Of a DNA stretch of 32,000 nt, positions 26,100-32,000 are shown in pieces. The notes beneath the pieces were generated by a model. That model was not told the origin of the DNA. It worked only from the letters and a program-made list of their open reading frames with translations, and did no database searches. The stretch spans positions 570,001 through 602,000 of the forward strand of contig NC_017856.1 in assembly GCF_000260965.1 (NCBI RefSeq). The letters run 5' to 3'. The translations under genes were made by a program, and so were the position numbers. How positions within the stretch are numbered: position 1 is the first letter of the stretch; every line of letters begins with the position of its first letter. The stretch is from Methylophaga frappieri. GTDB taxonomy: Bacteria; Pseudomonadota; Gammaproteobacteria; Nitrosococcales; Methylophagaceae.

Positions 26100-27724
26100 C
26101 TAAGACCTGAAACAAATGGTTTGATATCTTGTTCAAAATACTCAAACAAAGAACTGTAAAATTCACTACTAAATTCTGTAATAGAAAACTCATTAAGCAC
26201 TCTCTCACCGTCAGTCAAAGACGTAACCGTTAATGGTTTAGAGGCAGCTCTCTTCATTTCGCCAGTTTTTTTGTCTTCTTTCATTGGCAGCTGCGATTCA
26301 AAACTTAACCCGTTTTGATCTACATTGGTTAGCATGATCGCTTGTTTGTTGAAGTAGAAGTGTTCCTTTTCAAAGACCTTGGTAAATTCATTATCTTGAT
26401 ATTCAAGCAGTGCTTGTACTATCTCGGCTCTTTGCTCTTCGGCTACTTCGCGCTTCTTCGAACCTTTACTTTTCTTGAGTTCTGTCCACTTTTCACTGGC
26501 ATTAATCAGCAATACTTTGTCTTCAGATTTTGGATCTCTATTTTTGTTTAGCACCCAAAGGTAGGTGTGAATACCGGTGTTGAAAAACTCATCTGTTGGA
26601 AGCTGAATAACGGCCTCGACTAGTTTGCTCTCCAACATCCACTTTCGGATGTTACTTTCAGCCGAACCAGCATCGCCACTAAATAATGTAGAACCATTAT
26701 GAACAACAACGCCTATACCATTGGCATCCAATTTTGATATTAAGTGCTGCATAAAGAGCAACTGACCATCAGAGATGGATGGCAAGAATTTGAAACGTTC
26801 GGTTTTGTCGTTTTGAATGTCTTTAGCGTAACCGGACCAACTTACACCATAGGGTGGGTTGGCAATAACCACGTCAAACTCTTCGTTGTCGAATTTATCG
26901 TCAACCAAAGTATTACCGTGTTCGATTTTTGAATCAGGGCGAAAACGACTTTCGATCTTTGCTAGCGCATAAAGCGCGTCATTCCAATCTTGCCCATACG
27001 TTTGAGTTAGACGCTTAAACTTTTTGTTTATACGATCTTCAACACCAAATAGCATGTTGCCGCCACCGCAGGTACAGTCATAGATTTTAAGAAGCTTGTC
27101 GGATTCTTCTATTTTCGAAGCGACAATATCACTGATGAGTGCAATTACATCATCAGGGGTGTACTGCTCCCCGGCGGTTTCTGCTGAGATGTCAGCCCAT
27201 TTACGTTTGATATGCTCTTCTAGTGTGGTGATCTCAGAGTTATTAAAAGGCTTGAGGTCAATTTCAGCCCAAAGTTTGGTATAGCCAAGCAATACCTTTT
27301 TTGCTTTGAGTTTGGCTATTACGCCTCGTATATCGAGAAACTTTTCGCCTTCAACGGCATCTACGCCAAGCAGGTCTTTCGTTTCACCATCAAAGCCATG
27401 AAGGTAGGCATCGAAGTCGATATCAAAAGATTTGTCGTTTTTACAAATATCGGATAAAGATTGGTTTTTCTCAAAAATGAAGATGTTGTAGCCTTGGCCT
27501 TTATCTTTGATGAGATCATAGAGATCTTCTTGTTGAATCTCTTTAAATGCTTCTTCGCCTATTTCTGCCTTTAGTTCATCAAACATCCGTATAAGCCGGC
27601 TTTCAATCATCACAAGAGCAAAGAAAGGCATCATGAACGAAGGCCATTCTGATTCTTTAATACCACTACCACGTAGAAGGTCAGCAGTTGCCCAAATTTT
27701 TGATTCGTATTGTAAAATATTCAT
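26096..27724 (-). CDS. hsdM: Type I R-M N6-adenine DNA methyltransferase subunit, apparently truncated at codon 542
   Basis: It has an HsdM_N-like N-terminus (WATADLLRG...PFFALVMIESRL), an AdoMet motif I (YDCTCGGGNMLF) and catalytic motif IV (IANPPYG). The stop TAA (26098-26096) opens an A7 run on the coding strand. Confidence 0.85.
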   Translation of the reverse strand: MNILQYESKIWATADLLRGSGIKESEWPSFMMPFFALVMIESRLIRMFDELKAEIGEEAFKEIQQEDLYDLIKDKGQGYNIFIFEKNQSLSDICKNDKSFDIDFDAYLHGFDGETKDLLGVDAVEGEKFLDIRGVIAKLKAKKVLLGYTKLWAEIDLKPFNNSEITTLEEHIKRKWADISAETAGEQYTPDDVIALISDIVASKIEESDKLLKIYDCTCGGGNMLFGVEDRINKKFKRLTQTYGQDWNDALYALAKIESRFRPDSKIEHGNTLVDDKFDNEEFDVVIANPPYGVSWSGYAKDIQNDKTERFKFLPSISDGQLLFMQHLISKLDANGIGVVVHNGSTLFSGDAGSAESNIRKWMLESKLVEAVIQLPTDEFFNTGIHTYLWVLNKNRDPKSEDKVLLINASEKWTELKKSKGSKKREVAEEQRAEIVQALLEYQDNEFTKVFEKEHFYFNKQAIMLTNVDQNGLSFESQLPMKEDKKTGEMKRAASKPLTVTSLTDGERVLNEFSITEFSSEFYSSLFEYFEQDIKPFVSGLS

Positions 27725-27732
27725 GTTCTTCC

Positions 27733-28665
27733 CTATGCTGTGACGCTATCGAAACCAGGCGCAATCGCAAGGTTACCGACACCGTATAAAGTTTGATAAT
27801 TTTTTAGCCATAAATGGAATTCGGGTGTTTTTAGCAGAGCCTCTTTAGAGCAATCAACATTCCAAAGCCGAAGCAAATACCCAGCGGTTGCCGCTCTAAT
27901 CTCAACCTTTAGAACGCCACCCGTCATACCATAATCCAGCTCAATCGCTTCGCTATGCTCTATGCGTGGGTGCGGCACCAACTCCAGCTCTACAAAGCGA
28001 TTCCATTGCCTGTCCTGAGTTTCGAGCTCCGTTTCAGACAACGTAGAGTCTTCAAGCACAACCGCTGCTTTAATTCTGGTCAGTACAAAGTCACGGAACT
28101 CACCATGCTTGCGGTCAAAACCACGAACATGCCAACGCAGGCCATTGTCCACCAGCGTATGCGGTACAATTTCACGCGTTGTTTCACCGCTCGATAACGA
28201 CACATAGGTGATACTCAAGGCTTTGCCTTTGTGAATGGCCTCGGTGACCTTCGCCACTATAAATAGGCTTGGCTTGTTTAAGTGATAAGGCGCTTCACAA
28301 GCCAGCGGTGGTTTTACCTTTCCAGTAAAGCCATCTCCGTATCCTTGGCTAATCGTCGCCAGCGTTCTCACAACGTCATAGTCGAACAAGGGTTCAAATG
28401 CTTCACCACGTTTATGCAACTTTAGCTTTTGGTCATACTCAATGTTGCTTGGTGCAAGCTCTCGGTACATTGTGAAGTCTTTCGTTGCTTGTGCAGCAGC
28501 TATGCTGAAGCGATCGACTAAATCCGCCCGTACCGCTTCTCCCTTAAACAATAAGGTGAAATCGATGTGGGCAATGCGATCCCTGGTTGCTTGTGGCAAC
28601 TGCGCTATCTGCGAAAGCCTATCTGGCTTCGCCACTACCGTTTGTTTCAGACCATCATTTGTCAT
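27733..28665 (-). CDS. BrxR-like WYL-domain transcriptional regulator
   Basis: 310 aa. The N-terminal wHTH pattern is RIAHIDFTLLFKGEAVRADLVDRFSIAAAQATKDFTMYRE. The WYL-type core is REIVPHTLVDNGLRWHVRGFDRKHGEFRDFVLTRI, followed by a C-terminal extension. It ends 8 nt before the hsdM ATG and is the first gene of the operon. Confidence 0.75.
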   Translation of the reverse strand: MTNDGLKQTVVAKPDRLSQIAQLPQATRDRIAHIDFTLLFKGEAVRADLVDRFSIAAAQATKDFTMYRELAPSNIEYDQKLKLHKRGEAFEPLFDYDVVRTLATISQGYGDGFTGKVKPPLACEAPYHLNKPSLFIVAKVTEAIHKGKALSITYVSLSSGETTREIVPHTLVDNGLRWHVRGFDRKHGEFRDFVLTRIKAAVVLEDSTLSETELETQDRQWNRFVELELVPHPRIEHSEAIELDYGMTGGVLKVEIRAATAGYLLRLWNVDCSKEALLKTPEFHLWLKNYQTLYGVGNLAIAPGFDSVTA

Positions 28666-28986
28666 GCGTCTTATTTATCCAATTCAACCAGATTCTTAAA
28701 ACTCTGTTTATAAAATACGGTCAGACATCGCTTAATCACATTGAACGGCATGGCACAAAGCTGCTCTTTATCCGCAATGACTAATCAATCTCTACTGGTT
28801 GAAGCTGGACAGATGACCATAAGACACTGAATAGGCTTCAACCTAATTAATTTTATTAGGTATCATCCTATCACAAATTATTTTGTAGGGAAGACTAAGC
28901 GGCAACTTTTTGATCTGGATTGCAATTGCCGCTCAGGTATGGGCGTGAAGACCTTGTTTGGTGCCATCGATGATAGTTGCTATCAA

Positions 28987-29286
28987 TCAATGCGCTACCC
29001 GAACCAATGGCACCACGATGTTACCGCGATGCGATACCCCTTTGTCCGACTCTGTAGACATCAGGGCTCGTTGCTCACTCTCCCGAATGCGCCTAGCAAC
29101 TTCTGCCTGGGCTGGTAGCAATGGCAGCATCCCTTCAGCAATCGCGTCTGGGGCTGACTCTTGGCCACAGGACATCAAGTGCTTCCATGGATCTTTAAGA
29201 AAGCGCTCGAACGTGATGCCAAATTCAATGATGCGGGCAGAGACGAAGATTTCGCCCCAGTATTCAATGTAGGTGTCTTGGTACAT
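28987..29286 (-). CDS. Hypothetical protein, probably conserved ICE backbone at the s025/s026 position
   Basis: 99 aa, with an AGAGGAA RBS 8 nt upstream of the ATG. It is co-oriented with and downstream of the exonuclease gene. Its composition matches the backbone. I prefer it over the overlapping + strand ORF 28958-29272. Confidence 0.55.
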   Translation of the reverse strand: MYQDTYIEYWGEIFVSARIIEFGITFERFLKDPWKHLMSCGQESAPDAIAEGMLPLLPAQAEVARRIRESEQRALMSTESDKGVSHRGNIVVPLVRVAH

Positions 29287-29373
29287 GGAAAGATTCCTCT
29301 TGTTGGTTAAACCATGAGTTCACTTTCCATTTTCCAGAGGTTTTAAAATATGCAAGGCTTACCTTGTAGAGAG

Positions 29374-30279
29374 CTACAAAGCTTTAAATCGATTGCGGGC
29401 ATCTTTGTAGTCATAGTGGGCATGTTCTGAGCCACGATGATACAAATCATCCAGGTAAGTTTGTTCCTGCGGCAACTCGTCTTCGCTGATTTCGCGCCAC
29501 CAATGTTTGTTGGCACCTTTAACACCGTCATGCCAGCGGTAACCACGCTCTTTTAAATAGTCCTTTACGTCAAACGGCGCACCAAACGCACGAACTAACA
29601 CAGTTCGCCTGTCTGCTTCAGACAACAAATTTGCAACGGACTCGGGCAACAAATGAAACAACCAGGCCATCGCCAAACAATCGGTTGCAGCTCGGTGTCC
29701 TTCATAGAACCAACCTAAGCGAAGCAGCAAGTACTCAAGTTTCCGACTTTCAAAACCCAGCGCCTTCCAATCTATGCCACTGGCTGAACAGGCCCAAGAT
29801 AGATGGCCTAATGCGGCAAACCGCTTTTCAAAGAAAGGACGATCAAACTGTGCATTGTGTGCAACCACCAACGGATCATCGGATAACCAACTCGCTACAA
29901 GTGAATCATCAATGTGCTGGCCTTGCACCATCTCATCGGTGATGCCGGTTAACTCGGTAATCAGCTCGGGGATTGGCTTGCCGGGATCTTCATACAAGCT
30001 GATCACATCAACAATCGACACAATCCGCTGAGCAGAGGGGCTGTAAAGCACCTTAACCATACCAAGCTCAATAATGGACTCGTCCTCGGCAGACAGTCCG
30101 GTTGTCTCTGTATCGAGCAGCACCATTGGCTGTTCGTCGCCTACCATAGGAGAAAGTTCAAGTGGCCAGGACTGCGGCTCACGCGTTAATGGAATACGCT
30201 CCAGCAATCTAAAATCTTCTGGTCTTTCTGGGATCTCCGCGAGGCGCTCTAGCGGAAATGGCGCAGGGGCTCTTGTCAT
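29374..30279 (-). CDS. DnaQ/epsilon-like DEDDh 3'-5' exonuclease
   Basis: 301 aa with the three Exo motifs: VLLDTETTGL (I), VVAHNAQFDRPFF (II) and HRAATDCLAMA (III, H-x4-D). The RBS is GAGGAA. Confidence 0.8.
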   Translation of the reverse strand: MTRAPAPFPLERLAEIPERPEDFRLLERIPLTREPQSWPLELSPMVGDEQPMVLLDTETTGLSAEDESIIELGMVKVLYSPSAQRIVSIVDVISLYEDPGKPIPELITELTGITDEMVQGQHIDDSLVASWLSDDPLVVAHNAQFDRPFFEKRFAALGHLSWACSASGIDWKALGFESRKLEYLLLRLGWFYEGHRAATDCLAMAWLFHLLPESVANLLSEADRRTVLVRAFGAPFDVKDYLKERGYRWHDGVKGANKHWWREISEDELPQEQTYLDDLYHRGSEHAHYDYKDARNRFKAL

Positions 30280-30404
30280 TGATGGTTCCTCTTCAATTCT
30301 ATTGTTCGCTTTGGGTTATTTCACTGTGCCACAGGTTTTTCAAAATGCACCTTGAATACCTCAGCGTTTTTTTAATCTTTCTACTGGGTGAACCCATGTA
30401 TGAA

Positions 30405-30523
30405 GGCTTTGGCTGAGCCTTTCAGAAAGCCTTAGCTAAACCGTTTAGGTAACCCTTACCGATACCCTTTACGTCTGGCTTAGCCAACCCCTTTTCAAAC
30501 GGTTGAAAAAGGCTTGAACTGAG
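30405..30523. repeat. Array of about 10 degenerate 12-bp-phased repeats (core SSCTTW)
   Basis: The first T of the core falls at 30408, 30420, 30432, 30444, 30456, 30468, 30480 and 30492 (exactly 12 bp apart), then at 30503 and 30514. The units are ggctttggctga, gcctttcagaaa, gccttagctaaa, ccgtttaggtaa, cccttaccgata, ccctttacgtct, ggcttagccaac, cccttttcaaac, ggttgaaaaag and gcttgaactgag. No frame is open. Confidence 0.7.
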
Positions 30524-30608
30524 TTCGACTGAGCATTTTAATGGTGCTCCTGACTTCGCTTTAAGCCAGTAAATTCAATACGAAGCAGAATTTTACTAAC
30601 TGTTTTTA

Positions 30609-30626
30609 AACCCTTTGCAAAGGGTT
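30609..30626. promoter_or_regulatory. Perfect 18-bp palindrome AACCCTTTG|CAAAGGGTT
   Basis: The 9-bp arms have no spacer. It contains the same CCCTTT core as the upstream array, in both orientations. Confidence 0.4.
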
Positions 30627-30873
30627 CAACAAGCCTTGCCTGACGGTTACTTGACCCATGCGTTAACCAGTAGCAGTAACAGGATCAGTAACAGAAACAA
30701 GAGCAGTAGGCAGAAGCAGTATTGTCCAAGCCTTGCAGGCTTTGACGAGGGCGAGCGATCCACCACATCTAGTTTTTCATCACAAAAAAGAAATCACCGA
30801 CAACACAGCGTCTTACTCGAACAACTACAGTTTTACCTACAATTTTACTTGTAGAAATCAGCATAGCATTAGA

Positions 30874-30893
30874 TACTGTATAAACAAACAGTA
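30874..30893 (+). promoter_or_regulatory. LexA (SOS) box upstream of rumAB
   Basis: TACTGTATAAACAAACAGTA matches TACTG-N10-CAGTA exactly. It lies 27 nt upstream of the rumA ATG. Confidence 0.85.
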
Positions 30894-30919
30894 TTAATTA
30901 TGATTTTTCGAGGTTCGTC

Positions 30920-31369
30920 ATGAGTGTCTCGCTGATAGGCCGTAGCGGCGCACTTGCCTTCATCAAAGCCAAGCGCCTTCGTATTCCATTGTTCATGGAA
31001 CGTGTTTCTGCTGGTTTTCCCTCACCAGCGCAGGATTATGTTGAGCAAACGCTCGACCTTAACGAGCTTTGCATCAAGCGACCGGCTGCAACGTTCTTTG
31101 TACGTGTTGAAGGTGATTCAATGATTGATGCCGGGATTCACCCAGATGATATTTTGGTGGTTGATCGCTCTGTCCAAGCAGAACACGGTGACATTGTCAT
31201 CGCTGGTATCCATGGTGAACTCACGGTAAAGGAGCTTCAACTAAGGCCGTGCGTCATGCTGATCCCAAGAAACCCGGCGTATGAGCCCATTCATATTCCT
31301 GAAGGGACAGAGTTAGAGATATTTGGTGTGGTTACCAATGTGGTGCGAAACATGCGCCGCAAGTCGTGA
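30920..31369 (+). CDS. rumA: RumA, UmuD-like self-cleaving SOS mutagenesis protein
   Basis: 149 aa with the S24 peptidase signature: an Ala-Gly cleavage site (VSAGFPSPA), a catalytic Ser (GDSM) and a Lys (TVKEL). The RBS is GAGG and an SOS box lies upstream. Confidence 0.9.
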   Translation: MSVSLIGRSGALAFIKAKRLRIPLFMERVSAGFPSPAQDYVEQTLDLNELCIKRPAATFFVRVEGDSMIDAGIHPDDILVVDRSVQAEHGDIVIAGIHGELTVKELQLRPCVMLIPRNPAYEPIHIPEGTELEIFGVVTNVVRNMRRKS

Positions 31370-31376
31370 CTATCCC

Positions 31377-32000
31377 ATGCCAGTATTTGCCTTGGTGGAC
31401 TGCAACAACTTTTACGCCAGTTGTGAGAAGCTGTTTCGTCCTGATTTAAAAGATACGCCGGTTGTGGTGCTGTCCAATAACGACGGCTGCGTGGTTGCAC
31501 GGTCACGTGAAGCCAAGTCACTCGGTATTAAAATGGGTGTACCCGTCTTTCAGATCAAAGCTGAAATGCAGCGTCATGGCATTTTGGCTTTTTCATCCAA
31601 CTATGCGCTGTATGCGGATTTGAGCAGTCGAGTGATGCGCACTTTGGAAGAGATGGCAGCAAGAGTAGAGGTTTACTCCATTGACGAAGCGTTTTTGGAC
31701 TTAACCGGTATTGAGTCTGCCATATCTCTTGTCGAGTTCGGACAACAAGTGCGAGAGCGCATAGGCCACTGGATTGGGATCACCGTCTGTGTAGGCATTG
31801 CACCGACAAAAACACTCGCCAAGCTGGCTAACCATGCCGCAAAAAAATATCCGGCCACTCAGGGGGTTGTAGACCTGACCAATCCAGATCGGCAACGTCG
31901 ATTGCTCGCATTAGTCCCGGTTGATGATGTTTGGGGCGTTGGTAGACGGCTTTCTAAGCGTTTAAATGCGTTGGGTATCACCACAGCCTTAGACCTCGCC
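31377..32000 (+). CDS. rumB: RumB, UmuC-like Y-family DNA polymerase (N-terminal 208 codons; runs off the window)
   Basis: It is not in the track because it is truncated. My translation from the ATG at 31377 gives MPVFALVDCNNFYASCEKLFRPDLKDTPVVVLSNNDGCVVARS...YSIDEAFLDLTG...GIAPTKTLAKLANHAAKK...VWGVGRR, which stays open to the window end. Confidence 0.9.
   Translation, partial: MPVFALVDCNNFYASCEKLFRPDLKDTPVVVLSNNDGCVVARSREAKSLGIKMGVPVFQIKAEMQRHGILAFSSNYALYADLSSRVMRTLEEMAARVEVYSIDEAFLDLTGIESAISLVEFGQQVRERIGHWIGITVCVGIAPTKTLAKLANHAAKKYPATQGVVDLTNPDRQRRLLALVPVDDVWGVGRRLSKRLNALGITTALDLA

Larger units (their letters stand above)
1..32000. mobile_element. Internal segment of an SXT/R391-family integrative conjugative element; neither end is in the window
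   Basis: The gene order traC-s054-[cargo]-traAVBKEL-[cargo]-traJ-like-traD-traI(MobH)-[cargo]-backbone ORFs-rumAB matches the known SXT/R391 backbone. Cargo sits at the published hotspot positions HS2 (traA/s054), HS1 (upstream of traL) and HS5 (upstream of traI). No int/xis or att sites are visible. Confidence 0.85.

Noticed and set aside
28958-29272. 104-aa + strand ORF overlapping the 99-aa minus-strand ORF
   Set aside because: The minus-strand ORF has a good RBS and is co-oriented with the adjacent exonuclease gene. The + strand ORF has neither property.
30615-30854. 79-aa + strand ORF in the exonuclease/rumA intergenic region
   Set aside because: It has a TTG start inside the 18-bp palindrome and no SD. 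The sequence is low-complexity Ser/Asn/Arg/Gln, generated by the CAGTA/AAC repeats. It is more likely non-coding.
1-32000. CRISPR arrays, tRNA/rRNA genes, IS elements, transposases, integrase or att sites
   Set aside because: I saw no spaced direct-repeat arrays, no transposase- or integrase-like ORFs, and no RNA-gene-like conserved segments on either strand.

Overview
This window is an internal slice of about 32 kb from an SXT/R391-family integrative conjugative element (ICE), with the transfer genes on the minus strand. All family assignments come from reading motifs, gene order and ORF junctions by eye; no BLAST, HMM, folding or composition calculation was run.

Gene order from low to high coordinate:
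- traC (5' part, runs off the window) and an s054/DsbC-like gene
- hotspot 2 cargo: an AbiEi/AbiEii (mosAT-like) pair
- traA-traV-traB-traK-traE-traL
- hotspot 1 cargo: a higBA-like toxin-antitoxin pair on the + strand
- a traJ-like membrane protein, a small conserved ORF, traD (coupling protein) and traI (MobH relaxase)
- hotspot 5 cargo, about 14.4-28.9 kb
- two backbone ORFs, one a DnaQ-like exonuclease
- a 640 bp repeat-rich intergenic region
- rumA/rumB' (umuDC-like) behind a LexA box, + strand

The hotspot-5 cargo looks AT-richer than the backbone and reads as a defence island. It holds a BrxR-like WYL regulator and a Type I R-M operon (hsdM-hsdS-hsdR, ATGA-coupled, with hsdM apparently interrupted). 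Behind its own 245 bp intergenic region sits a translationally coupled two-gene module that I cannot assign to any named defence system. Its first gene encodes a 1683-aa protein combining a NERD nuclease, two kinase-like domains and an Upf1/Dna2-like SF1 helicase. Its second encodes a 465-aa protein with only a predicted N-terminal wHTH. This pair is the best candidate for an undescribed system.

Other observations:
- Shine-Dalgarno-sequestering hairpins sit in front of all three backbone operons that follow a hotspot (traI, traL, s054).
- A strictly 12-bp-phased array of 'SSCTTW' motifs lies upstream of the exonuclease gene.

No rRNA, tRNA, CRISPR array, IS element or integrase was seen.
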